Of a stretch of DNA of 64,000 nucleotides, positions 38,087-47,129 are shown piece by piece (position 1 is the first letter of the stretch; the number at the start of each line of letters is the position of its first letter). This DNA comes from an uncultured bacterium. Lineage in GTDB: Bacteria > Acidobacteriota > Thermoanaerobaculia > Multivoradales > JAHZIX01. The notes below the pieces were generated by a model that worked only from the letters and a program-made list of their open reading frames with translations, ran no database searches and had not been told where the DNA came from. The position numbers were made by a program, and so were the translations under genes. The stretch covers positions 185,678 through 249,677 of the forward strand of contig CBDUPA010000010.1 of NCBI GenBank assembly GCA_965368975.1. Reading direction: 5' to 3'.

Positions 38087-41000
38087 GTCCGATTAGGTGG
38101 ACATATAGCAACACGAAAGCCCAGGTGCTTGGCCTGAATATTCGGAGGCCCCAAAGTGCGAACCGAACAGCGCAGATCAGGGCGCGGGTAGAACCATGCA
38201 CTACTACGGACCACTCGAGACTCCCTGAGTTTTGATTCCACAGTTTCTCGACACGCCCGCTCTTTCTCGTCTGACGGATATGGTGGGTCAGCTGCCAAAC
38301 TACGGGTCCATTCCAAGATGGACCCAACCATTTCTTCACAGCCTACAACACTGCGGCCCTCAGGAAAATTACCCAGGGCGTTAGTAGCCCCGAGCCTTTC
38401 TGCACCATTTACATAGTCTTGCTGGTATTTTGAACCCCAAGGGTAAATCCGCTTCGGCTGACTGTTCGTGACCAGATTACTCTTCAACTTCGTGCACTCG
38501 TGAGTTAATTCAGAGAGCGGCAGACAAACTGCCGGAATCTCTTGACACTCACCACCACGTGCAGCTTTCTCCCACTCCAGCTCAGACGGCAAGGTCACTA
38601 CCCATCCCTCTGGCAACCAACCCTCATACTGAGCCTCATCTTGTAACCAAGCGCAGTAAGCCAAGGCTTCGTACCAGCTGATTCCGATTGCTGGATGATT
38701 AGGCAATATTAGAACTTCATTAAAAACATCGCCAGGCTCTCGCCGTCCACGGAATCCCGTATCTTCATCCCAGTACCCCGCTTCAAGCGCGGCCCCCCAA
38801 TAACGGCACTGCCGGTTTCCCCCAGCACTGACAAAGACCTGGAATTGGCTCTGCGTCACTGGATAACGTCCTAGCCAATAATCGTAATCCACCGCCTGAA
38901 GTACGGAAGGTGCTTCTTGGATAGGCCAATGTAGAGGAGTCTCTTCACTCCCCATCCAGAACGGCCCCCTCCTCACTCGGCAAAACTCCATGCCCTCGAC
39001 CGTCATCACCTCCGGACGAGGATCTCCCAACTTTGCCAACAAGCGCCCCGCCTCGACCCGCTCCCGCACCGGCAACCCCTTGGGCACCAGTGACACCAGC
39101 CGGCGCCAGCACCGGCTGACGAACTTCGGCCACGGCTCCGGCCCTTTGAGGCTCACCCTCGCCGAGCCCACCTGTGTACCTGACTGCGTATCTGACTGGG
39201 CTCCCGGCTGGGTTCCCGGTTGGCCTTCCAGGAGCACCACCATCCACGCCGCCCAGAGACTCGCCCGCTTCGCCTTCTGGCTCTTGTTGCGCGTCCCCGA
39301 GGGGAACAGACCGGACGCCAGCCTCGGAACAAGGTGCCCCATGCGTCGGCAGTACACCAACTCTTCCACGCCCAATTGCACCGCCAGCGTCCAGAAGTCT
39401 CCAGCGGCGGTCAACTCGAAGAGCTCGCCCACCGGATCCGGCAGCGTCGTCAGGTAACAGCCAGCCAGGTACTCCTGGAACGTCCGGTGCGGGAAGCTGT
39501 AGCGAAGCGGCTCGTCCGGACCGCCACCACGGCCCACCAGGATGCCGGCGCGATCGTCGACGTAGTCGAGAAAGGCTTCGGCCAAGCTGAGCGAGCCGAG
39601 GTACGTGGAAGCTTCCAGCAGCCCCAGCAGCCCCAGCCGATCCAGACCAGCTTCGTCCGTATCAGCCCCCTGCCTGCCGACCTCTTGCTCTGCCTTGTGC
39701 ACTTCGAAGGCCAGCCGTTCCAGGATCGGCCGGATCCGGTGCTCATCGTCCAGGACCGGACCGAGTTGCTCGGCGATGTCAGGACTCAAGCCCTTGCGCT
39801 TCTGCCAGCGCACCAGCAGAATCCGCACCGCCTCGTCGTACAGCTTGACCCGTTGCCGTGGCAGACCGATGTTCTGCTGGTGGATCAGCGCCATCGTGGT
39901 GAGCAACATCGGATTCTCTGCCAGCTCCCGCAGATCCTGGGCGGCAGCCTGGAGATCTTCCGTGCGCTTCTGGGCCTTGTCCGCATCCAGGTGCCCGTGG
40001 CGCTGCTGGGCCTGGTACCAGGCGGCGATGAACTTGTCGATCTGCTCCTCACTGAAGGGCGCCAGTTCGTGCACCTCGAAATCCGGCAAGCGTGCATCTC
40101 CCTCGTACGAGCGCACGCGGCAAGTGACGATCACCCGCTCCACGCGGTATACCTGCAACGCCGCCTGAACCGCCTCGACGACCAGCGGTCGCAACTTGGC
40201 GCGCACCTCGTCGAGACCGTCGAGAATCAGCAGGCACTTGCCATCCACCAGGGCGTCACGCAATCCGTCCTCGAAGGCTTGCGCGTCGCTGCGCCGGGCC
40301 AGCTCCAGGACGGAGTCTCGCAGCGCCTCAGTCAAGGCTTCGCGCCGCCGCTCAGCGGACTTGCCAGCGAGGTCCAACTCCGCAAGGTGCGGCGCCAGAT
40401 CACGGAGGACGACAAGAATCGGCAGCAGATCTTCCGCCCAGGCCTGCGTGTCGGCGCCGTCCAGCCGTGCCTTCGCCAAGCGAGCCGCGATGTGCCGAAC
40501 GAAGGAACTCTTGCCACTGCCTGGATCTCCGAGAAGCACAAGGCGCGGCAGGGTCTCGGCGGCTTCTTGAGCAGAAAGAATACGAACCTCTCGACCGCCT
40601 CGGAGTTGTTCGTCAGCAAAGAGCTTCTCGTCAGCCTCCGACAGAGGAATACCCGTCTTCGTCCGCAGCTCGACGTATACGTCACTGAGCTGCACCTCTC
40701 CCAGACCGTCCCCCTGCCCGCCCAACTGCTGCAACGGCAACGCCTGACACTCCGCCACCAGCCGCTCCAGGTACCGCCGCCGCGCCTTCTCGACACTGTC
40801 ATCGCCAGCTACAGGCACCGCCTCCTGACGCTGCATCACCTGCAACGACTGCAACAACAGCTGCACCCCTACCAAGGAAGCCCCCTGCACCGGTAAGCTC
40901 TCCAGCTGCACCGCGATCCGCTGCAACTGCTCCAGCATCGCCGTCTGCAACTGCGTCTGCCCCCGAACATGGAAGGAGACCAGCTCCCCCTGCAGCACCG

Positions 41001-41418
41001 GCTGACGCACCGCCGCCATCACAAACGCGGCCTCCAGCTGCCGCAATCCGATCTCGGGCTCCAATCCCGGAAACGAAGCCAACGCCCGGTCGTGCTCGGC
41101 AAAGATCTCGATCACCTCGCCGATGGCCAGCTCCTTGCCGTCCAGGCACGCTTGCAATTCCTGCCCGAAGTCCTCGACTAAGGCTTCGTTCTGGAACGCC
41201 AGCTGGAACATCGTGTGTAGGTGGCTCTCATCATCTTTGCCAGACGTCTGGGCACTGGCGGTCAGCGCGGACAGACCAGCACCGCAGCAAGCTTCCAGCG
41301 CATTCTGTCGCTCGTCCCCACTGAGCCAGCGGCGGGCGGCGCGCGTCGAGGCGGAGAGAATCGCTGCGGCGAGATTGCCGGCAGCACCGGTCAGGATGTT
41401 GGAAAAAGGATCAGGCAC
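38083..41418 (-). CDS. NACHT NTPase with a C-terminal FGE-sulfatase (SUMF1/C-type lectin fold) domain
   Basis: Walker A GDPGSGKS, Walker B LLILDGLDE, NPMLLT, FPHRTFQEYLAG. C-terminal FWMGS, YPVTQSQF, LPSELEWEKAARG, GFRVA. Confidence 0.85.
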   Translation of the reverse strand: MPDPFSNILTGAAGNLAAAILSASTRAARRWLSGDERQNALEACCGAGLSALTASAQTSGKDDESHLHTMFQLAFQNEALVEDFGQELQACLDGKELAIGEVIEIFAEHDRALASFPGLEPEIGLRQLEAAFVMAAVRQPVLQGELVSFHVRGQTQLQTAMLEQLQRIAVQLESLPVQGASLVGVQLLLQSLQVMQRQEAVPVAGDDSVEKARRRYLERLVAECQALPLQQLGGQGDGLGEVQLSDVYVELRTKTGIPLSEADEKLFADEQLRGGREVRILSAQEAAETLPRLVLLGDPGSGKSSFVRHIAARLAKARLDGADTQAWAEDLLPILVVLRDLAPHLAELDLAGKSAERRREALTEALRDSVLELARRSDAQAFEDGLRDALVDGKCLLILDGLDEVRAKLRPLVVEAVQAALQVYRVERVIVTCRVRSYEGDARLPDFEVHELAPFSEEQIDKFIAAWYQAQQRHGHLDADKAQKRTEDLQAAAQDLRELAENPMLLTTMALIHQQNIGLPRQRVKLYDEAVRILLVRWQKRKGLSPDIAEQLGPVLDDEHRIRPILERLAFEVHKAEQEVGRQGADTDEAGLDRLGLLGLLEASTYLGSLSLAEAFLDYVDDRAGILVGRGGGPDEPLRYSFPHRTFQEYLAGCYLTTLPDPVGELFELTAAGDFWTLAVQLGVEELVYCRRMGHLVPRLASGLFPSGTRNKSQKAKRASLWAAWMVVLLEGQPGTQPGAQSDTQSGTQVGSARVSLKGPEPWPKFVSRCWRRLVSLVPKGLPVRERVEAGRLLAKLGDPRPEVMTVEGMEFCRVRRGPFWMGSEETPLHWPIQEAPSVLQAVDYDYWLGRYPVTQSQFQVFVSAGGNRQCRYWGAALEAGYWDEDTGFRGRREPGDVFNEVLILPNHPAIGISWYEALAYCAWLQDEAQYEGWLPEGWVVTLPSELEWEKAARGGECQEIPAVCLPLSELTHECTKLKSNLVTNSQPKRIYPWGSKYQQDYVNGAERLGATNALGNFPEGRSVVGCEEMVGSILEWTRSLAADPPYPSDEKERACRETVESKLRESRVVRSSAWFYPRPDLRCSVRTLGPPNIQAKHLGFRVAICPPNRT

Positions 41419-41553
41419 AGCACCTCCGTGCAGGAAAATGGTCTTGCTTCTACTGCTCTCAGAAAATCATCTGAATTGTATACCGGAGCCCAGTATGGCC
41501 ATGAAGAGCTTGAGCATCCTGCCCTGCCCGCTCCAAGCATCATGCGTGCGTGG

Positions 41554-41582
41554 TTGACACACCCTCGTCACATCGCTACCAT
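41554..41582 (+). promoter_or_regulatory. Near-consensus sigma70 promoter of peptide P3
   Basis: TTGACA (41554-41559)-17 nt-TACCAT (41577-41582). Confidence 0.65.
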
Positions 41583-41674
41583 CTCGTCGTTCCCAGATTT
41601 CATTTCTTCCTGATCGCAGAGTACCTACTATCGTTAAGCGGACTGCTTACAGTCCATCTGTAGGAGGCTTTGCC

Positions 41675-41863
41675 ATGAAGAAATCCAGAAAGAATCAGAA
41701 GCTCGGTCTGTCCCGTGAAACGCTCAGCAAACTTCTGCCAACCCAAATCTCACGGGTAGCAGCTGGAGACTCTGAAGCGGCCTCACATTGCATTATGGAG
41801 AGCTACCTGTGGGGCTGCTTCGCTGTTACGGTCGAGAACTCGTATTGCGAGTGCTCACCGTAG
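41675..41863 (+). CDS. Putative RiPP precursor peptide P3 (62 aa, 4 Cys)
   Basis: AGGAGG RBS at 41662-41667. MKKSRKNQKLGLSRETLSKLLPTQISRVAAG|DSEAASHCIMESYLWGCFAVTVENSYCECSP. Confidence 0.8.
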   Translation: MKKSRKNQKLGLSRETLSKLLPTQISRVAAGDSEAASHCIMESYLWGCFAVTVENSYCECSP

Positions 41864-42071
41864 TGTAGGCGCTCTAAACGAGGCAAGACCAGCCCGATAC
41901 AGCAAGTACGCCAGCGGCACCTTGCTGCACCCAAACCTCTAGAAGCAAGACTTTGCGCAAGGCAACTTAACGATCACAGAATTGCAGGCAAAGTGCAGAC
42001 CATAACCCTCTCACCACAGCAGGTGTTCCACGTTGAGACCGGGTGGTTCACCCCAAAATAGGGAGGAACTA

Positions 42072-42251
42072 ATGAGAAAACGCAACCAGGTCAGCAAACT
42101 CGCTCTTTCCCGGGAAACGCTCAGCAACCTCACCGCCAACCAGATCGCGGACGTACTCGGTGCGGTGGAAACCTACACTTGTTCCAGCGAAGGACCGTAC
42201 AACTGCGACACCATGTATATCTCGCTTTGCTATTGCCCGGGTGATCCATAA
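42072..42251 (+). CDS. Putative RiPP precursor peptide P4 (59 aa, 4 Cys)
   Basis: GGGAGG RBS at 42061-42066. MRKRNQVSKLALSRETLSNLTANQIADVLGA|VETYTCSSEGPYNCDTMYISLCYCPGDP. Confidence 0.8.
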   Translation: MRKRNQVSKLALSRETLSNLTANQIADVLGAVETYTCSSEGPYNCDTMYISLCYCPGDP

Positions 42252-42294
42252 GCAAGGCGATAATCGGCCACGTAAAAATGTGGAGTTTCTAGAA

Positions 42295-42339
42295 CCGGGC
42301 TCCATCGGCTTGGTCTCCTTTCCAACCGACGGAGCCTGG
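42295..42339. terminator. Hairpin after P4
   Basis: GGCTCCATCGGCTTGG...CCAACCGACGGAGCC imperfect inverted repeat. Confidence 0.45.
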
Positions 42340-42424
42340 CAGTTCCTACTCCTAACAATCCTCGAAAGCAAACGCTCGGGCTGATGAAGGCCATGTCGAA
42401 CGGAGTGCGTTCACCTTCGCTTAG

Positions 42425-42793
42425 CTACGCCAGGCTCCCACCATAACCTCGGGATCCGCTAAGTCCATACCGCTGCATGGTCGACAGCGCTTCGACCTCC
42501 TGACGCCGAGCTTCCGCCCCAATGACTGCCACCGCTTGCTCCGGCCGGTTCACGGCCAAGTCGAAACGGGCTTGAAGGTTGAGCCAAAACTGAGGCGACG
42601 TATCGAACGCCTGCGAGAGCAACCACGCCGTCTTCGCGGTTACCCCACGCCGGCCCCGCACCAACTCACCGATCTGGCGCGTCGAGACGCCCAGGTGATG
42701 GGCAAGAGCGGCCTGACTGAGCCCAAGCGGCGCCAAGAATTCTTCCTTCAAAATTTCGCCGGGGTGTGTCGGGGTGCGGTGGGTTGGTAGCAT
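42425..42793 (-). CDS. higA: HigA/VapI-family antitoxin (HTH)
   Basis: PTHPGEILKEEFL, LSQAALA, GRRGVT...AFDTSPQFWLNLQ. Confidence 0.88.
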   Translation of the reverse strand: MLPTHRTPTHPGEILKEEFLAPLGLSQAALAHHLGVSTRQIGELVRGRRGVTAKTAWLLSQAFDTSPQFWLNLQARFDLAVNRPEQAVAVIGAEARRQEVEALSTMQRYGLSGSRGYGGSLA

Positions 42794-42815
42794 GGTGAGT
42801 CTCCCGTCTCTGTGC

Positions 42816-42878
42816 ATGATAGGCGATGATCTGGACCTCGTGGGCATCCTGCCCCTGCCAGCGGAAAATAATGCGCCA
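42816..42878 (-). pseudogene. higB: C-terminal remnant of a HigB (RelE-family) toxin
   Basis: WRIIFRWQGQDAHEVQIIAYH directly upstream of higA matches the HigB C-terminus (WRIxF...DYH). The N-terminus and the stop codon are missing. Confidence 0.65.
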
Positions 42879-42880
42879 AA

Positions 42881-43042
42881 GCACGCTCCGACATCTCGCC
42901 GGACATGGCGATTCGGCTCTCCAAAGCCTTCGGCAGCTCACCCGGAGCGTGGATCCGAATGCAGGCCGCCTACGACACCGCCAAGGCCAATGCTCGGGCG
43001 GATGAGATTCATGTCGAGCGGTATGTACCAGCTTTCGCCTAG
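42881..43042 (+). pseudogene. 5'-truncated second HigA-family antitoxin
   Basis: RSDISPDMAIRLSKAFGSSPGAWIRMQAAYDTAKA...VERYVPAFA*. In-frame TAA just upstream (42869-42871); no HTH N-terminus. Confidence 0.7.
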
Positions 43043-43068
43043 GTCATTCCCACTCTCTCGAAGGCCGC

Positions 43069-43097
43069 TTGACAGCTCCCAATCTCGCACTTACGCT
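43069..43097 (+). promoter_or_regulatory. Near-consensus sigma70 promoter of peptide P5
   Basis: TTGACA (43069-43074)-17 nt-TACGCT (43092-43097). Confidence 0.6.
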
Positions 43098-43178
43098 GCT
43101 TACCAGATCCGAATCTCCATCGTCTCCATTTCGGAGACAACACCGGCTGCGTTGCAGCCACTTCCAGGAGGAAGCAGC

Positions 43179-43328
43179 ATGAAGAAGACCACCAAGAACC
43201 GCGAGAAGCTGAACCTCAACCGCGAGACCCTGGGCACCCTGACCGAGGGTGACATGGAGCGCGCCGCGGGCGGCAGCTGCCTGACCTGCGCCACGGGCAC
43301 CTGCGAGGGTGATGCCTTCGCGGCCTGA
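43179..43328 (+). CDS. Putative RiPP precursor peptide P5 (49 aa, 3 Cys)
   Basis: AGGAGG RBS at 43166-43171. MKKTTKNREKLNLNRETLGTLTEGDMERAAGG|SCLTCATGTCEGDAFAA. Confidence 0.8.
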   Translation: MKKTTKNREKLNLNRETLGTLTEGDMERAAGGSCLTCATGTCEGDAFAA

Positions 43329-43353
43329 GAGCTGAGTTCGTCAGCGATTGCCG

Positions 43354-43393
43354 AGACCCGTCAGGCGTGCGTCGCACGTCGGCGGGTCTTTCT
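43354..43393 (+). terminator. Intrinsic terminator after P5
   Basis: AGACCCGTC-A-GGCGTGC-GTC-GCACGTC-GGCGGGTCT followed by TTCT...TTT. Confidence 0.65.
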
Positions 43394-43675
43394 GCGTTTC
43401 AGGACCTCTCAGCCATCGGAGGCTGAGCTTCTCGCTCCTTGCCGCTTACCTTCGCTTCCACCGTGGAACCACGGCCCTCTCGCCAAGCTCCGGCCATAAT
43501 CACGGGATCCGCCAAATCCATGCCCTGCATGCTGGCCAAAGCCTCAACCTCGTGCTTTCGAACCAGTTGAGCGCGTGCTCCCAGTTGAACATCAACTGAA
43601 CCGCAACCTTCCGACTCACTCATCACTCAACCAACTCCTACCTTAGTAGACTATTGCTATGGCGACCTGCACCTC

Positions 43676-44680
43676 TCAAGTAGGGTCGAGCTTCCGCCTG
43701 AAAAGTAAGAGTAGAAGATCTACTCGCTGAGCAGCAAAACTGAGCACATAAAGAGCAAGAGCTATAAAGAACAAAGGCATGAGCAATAGGAAAAGAAAGT
43801 CTGTCGAAATATAAGCGGAGATCCCGAGCATCGCCAAACCTAAACTTAGCACAGCAAGCCAGAGACCAGCGAGGATCTCCCCAAAGTACTTCCAGGAGTT
43901 CTGGCGGGCGACATCACCATCAACAGAAAGAAACATCACCGAGTTCCAGAAGAAGTTCCCTTCAATACATATACCGAAGCGAGCTCCAGGATAGCCCCGC
44001 TCATTCAGGTGATTGATGAACCTAGGATGGACGTGAATACCCTCGAGTCTCTCGTCCCCGACATACAGGACACCACTAAAGACCCCGTTCTGCTGCTGCT
44101 CAGGCAAGAACCTACAGTACCTAGCTGAATAGAGCTTCAGCAGTCGAAGAGGACCAGGTCTGCCACAATCAACACTCATATCTAGCCGAGTCTGCGGTCT
44201 TGTACTTGAACCGCTGCTTTGCCCTTCATGAGTATCAGCCACTCCAAAAAACTCTCGAAGAATTCGCGGCTGAGACTTGACCCAGTAGTCAAGTTGGGTA
44301 GGTGTCCAAAAGTGGCACGAGTCGAAACAGCCCCATTCCTTCTGGATAGATCTACGAACCCTGGCAGTCAGCTCGCATGCAAGCACAAAGACAACATGAC
44401 CAGGCTGCTCGGCTTGTGGGAGCGCCCGAAGTTTGGCTATCTCGCACTTAGCATCACCTAGAGAGAAGTTCCTCACTCTCTTGCACTGAAGCACCCAAAG
44501 TTCCCCATTCTTCCTAGCTACGATGTCTCTACCCTGATCAGAACCGCTCGCTCCAAAATGCTCAATCTGACCGAATCCATCTTCTGCTTCCAATAGCCAC
44601 AGACTGAGCCGCTCAAAGTCCAACGGCGAGAGCTTTTCGAACGGCAGCACATGACTAGCAGAGGTCCACAAAGGCTTCAT
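43676..44680 (-). CDS. Mrr-like restriction-endonuclease-fold protein with two C-terminal TM helices
   Basis: LSPLDFERL, GSDQGRDIVA, WVLQCKR (PD-(D/E)xK, QxK variant). Hydrophobic C-terminus and visibly lower GC. Confidence 0.7.
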   Translation of the reverse strand: MKPLWTSASHVLPFEKLSPLDFERLSLWLLEAEDGFGQIEHFGASGSDQGRDIVARKNGELWVLQCKRVRNFSLGDAKCEIAKLRALPQAEQPGHVVFVLACELTARVRRSIQKEWGCFDSCHFWTPTQLDYWVKSQPRILREFFGVADTHEGQSSGSSTRPQTRLDMSVDCGRPGPLRLLKLYSARYCRFLPEQQQNGVFSGVLYVGDERLEGIHVHPRFINHLNERGYPGARFGICIEGNFFWNSVMFLSVDGDVARQNSWKYFGEILAGLWLAVLSLGLAMLGISAYISTDFLFLLLMPLFFIALALYVLSFAAQRVDLLLLLFRRKLDPT

Positions 44681-44693
44681 CGCAAACCGCTAA

Positions 44694-46472
44694 TCAGAAC
44701 TCCCAGATCACCGGAATCAACACCGCCGACAAAATCCAGAACGCGATCTTCGGAAACCACCCGGCCTTGATGTAGTCCATGAAGCGGTAACCACCCGGAC
44801 TGAAGACCATGGCATTGGTCTTGTACCCCATCGGCGTCAGGAAGCTCGCCGAGCCAGCGAAGGTGACGGCCATGAGCATCGGCTTGACATCGACGCCGAG
44901 GCTGGCGGCGGCGCTGATGGCGATGGGGACCATGAGGACGACGGTGCTGTTGTTGGAGACGAATTCGGTGAGCACCGAGGTGACAATGTAGATCACGGCC
45001 AGCACGACGAAGGGGCCGGCGGCTTCGCCCAGGCGGGCGAACTGGTCACCAATCGTGCCCGCCAGGCCGGTGTTGTGCATGGCTTTGCCCAGAGGCAGGA
45101 TCGCCGCGACCAGGAAGATGACGGTCCAGTTGATGGCGCGGTAGGCTTGCTGGATCTTCAGCTGCCCGGTGACGAGCATGGTCACGGCGCCGAGGATCGA
45201 AGCTTCGAGGATGGTCATCCAGCCGGTGGCTGCGGCGGCAACGACGGCGGGAACGACGAGGGCACCAATCCACCACTTTGGACTCAAGCGTAGGCGGATG
45301 TCGCGCTCTTCCAGAGAGACGAAGTCGTCTTCAAGCTCCATCAAGGCCTCGACACGACCGCGCGGACCGAAGACCAGGAGGGTGTCCCAGCGCTGCAAAG
45401 GGATCAGGGCGATCTTGTCGCGCAGGGTTTCTCCGGTGCGGTTGATCGCCAGGACGAAGACACCGAAGCGGCGGCGGAAGTCGAGGTCTTTGAGGGTCTG
45501 CCCTTCGAACGTGGACGTCGGGGACAACTGCAACTCGACCAGAATGTTGTTCTCGTCGTTCAGGTCTTCGTCCTGGAGTTTGATGTCGGTGAGCAGAAGC
45601 AGGCCGTACTGCTCGCGGAAGCCGACGATGTCTTCCATAGCGCCGCGCACGATCAATTGATCTTCGGCCTGCAGAGGCGTCTCACGCAGGTTCTGGCTGA
45701 TGCGCTGCTGGCCGCGCAGAATTTCCAGGACGTTGAGGCGGAAGCGCTCGGCGACGCGCTCGTCGATCACGGTCTTGCCGACCAGGGTCGAACTCGTGGG
45801 GATACGGATCTCAGTGAGGAAGGAACTCAGGTGGTACTTGGCGGTCAGGTCGGTGGTCGGGGTGCGTGCCGGCAGCCACCGCATGAGCAGCAGCGTGTAG
45901 ACCATGCCGACACCGAGCAGCACGACGCCCAGCGGCAGCATTTCGAACATACCGAAGGCGTCTTCACCCTGCTCGTGCGCTAGAGCGCTGACTAGCAGAT
46001 TGGTCGAGGTGCCGATCAGGGTGCAGGTGCCGCCGAAGATCGATGCGTAGGACAGCGGCAGCAGGAGTTGTGACGGGCTGAAGCCGTAGTGCTTGGCCAG
46101 GTGAATGGCCACGGGCATGAAGATCGAGACGGCAGCGACGTTGTTGATGAAGCCAGAGAGGCCGGCGGTGAGACCTAGGAGGCCGATGCAGGCCAACCAC
46201 TTGGAGTCGCCGGCAACACGAATGATGCGGCGGCCGAGCTGACTGATCAGGCCGCTGCGCACCAGGGCGTCACTCAGGATGAACATCATCATGACGGTGA
46301 TCACGGCCTCGTTGGAGAAGCCCGAGATCGCTTCCTGCGGCGTGATCAGGTCGAAGACCAGCAGCAGCGCAAGGGTGACCAGCGCGACCAGGTCGAGCGG
46401 CATCCACTCGAAGGCGAACGCCGCGATCATGAAGGCGATGATGCCGATCAGAATCAGAACTTCGATGCCCAT
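44694..46472 (-). CDS. SLC13/CitT-family permease with TrkA-C domains
   Basis: SGFINN, GGTCTLIGTSTNL, two TrkA-C-like repeats, SNN, TPMGYKTN. Confidence 0.88.
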   Translation of the reverse strand: MGIEVLILIGIIAFMIAAFAFEWMPLDLVALVTLALLLVFDLITPQEAISGFSNEAVITVMMMFILSDALVRSGLISQLGRRIIRVAGDSKWLACIGLLGLTAGLSGFINNVAAVSIFMPVAIHLAKHYGFSPSQLLLPLSYASIFGGTCTLIGTSTNLLVSALAHEQGEDAFGMFEMLPLGVVLLGVGMVYTLLLMRWLPARTPTTDLTAKYHLSSFLTEIRIPTSSTLVGKTVIDERVAERFRLNVLEILRGQQRISQNLRETPLQAEDQLIVRGAMEDIVGFREQYGLLLLTDIKLQDEDLNDENNILVELQLSPTSTFEGQTLKDLDFRRRFGVFVLAINRTGETLRDKIALIPLQRWDTLLVFGPRGRVEALMELEDDFVSLEERDIRLRLSPKWWIGALVVPAVVAAAATGWMTILEASILGAVTMLVTGQLKIQQAYRAINWTVIFLVAAILPLGKAMHNTGLAGTIGDQFARLGEAAGPFVVLAVIYIVTSVLTEFVSNNSTVVLMVPIAISAAASLGVDVKPMLMAVTFAGSASFLTPMGYKTNAMVFSPGGYRFMDYIKAGWFPKIAFWILSAVLIPVIWEF

Positions 46473-46537
46473 GGGTAACGTCTTCTCTCGCCCAGCGGGT
46501 CGCACGAACCAGCCGGTAAGTGGGAGGTCGATGAAAG

Positions 46538-47011
46538 CTAGTCGCTACGCACCCGCACGATGGCACTCCGATTGACGTACAGCGTCTCGTTCTCCTTCAG
46601 TACCAAGAGAAACGCCACGCCCGGGGCCCGCAACAGGTCGGCCAGCCGACGGTGTGACGATGGCAGCATGCTCAGCAATTCGCCGCGTACCGTGCCGCCA
46701 CCCAGCAGGTCGAACTCAACCGGTACCGGTGATGCCCCGGCGACGATGCGGTCGTCGACTTCGGGCAGGTGACCGGAGAAGCGTACGTAGGCGATCCAGG
46801 AGCGGCGGATCAACTCTTGACGGCCCCCGATCTCGCAGCGCAGAAAGGCCTCGGCGCGACCGTTGAGGCGGTCACCCAGAGTTTCTGTCTGACCATCGAT
46901 GCGCCGCAGCAGGAAGACCGCGTCCGAGCTGTGACCGTCACAGGTGATGAATCCGACGGGCAGACGATGGGCGATCGGGGCTTCGGTGTCGCTGGCGGTG
47001 GCTGCGCTCAT
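46538..47011 (-). CDS. Hypothetical protein (two similar beta-rich halves)
   Basis: 157-aa ORF with AGGAG RBS; no motif recognised. Confidence 0.6.
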   Translation of the reverse strand: MSAATASDTEAPIAHRLPVGFITCDGHSSDAVFLLRRIDGQTETLGDRLNGRAEAFLRCEIGGRQELIRRSWIAYVRFSGHLPEVDDRIVAGASPVPVEFDLLGGGTVRGELLSMLPSSHRRLADLLRAPGVAFLLVLKENETLYVNRSAIVRVRSD

Positions 47012-47129
47012 GGCTCGCGCTCCTGAGGTGATGGCGTCGATGGAGCGTAGAGCATAGCAGCAAGTACCCAGGACTCAAGCGGGATCGACGACTCGGCGTC
47101 CCCCCTCGGGCAACGGTTACAATCCGGTC

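Noticed and set aside
38083-38220. FGE C-terminus as the variable region of a diversity-generating retroelement
   Set aside because: No AAC-rich template repeat and no reverse transcriptase are visible in the window. A remote DGR cannot be excluded.
43399-43626. 75-aa minus-strand ORF between P5 and the nuclease
   Set aside because: No recognisable motif and no leader match; it may be a gene remnant but cannot be supported.
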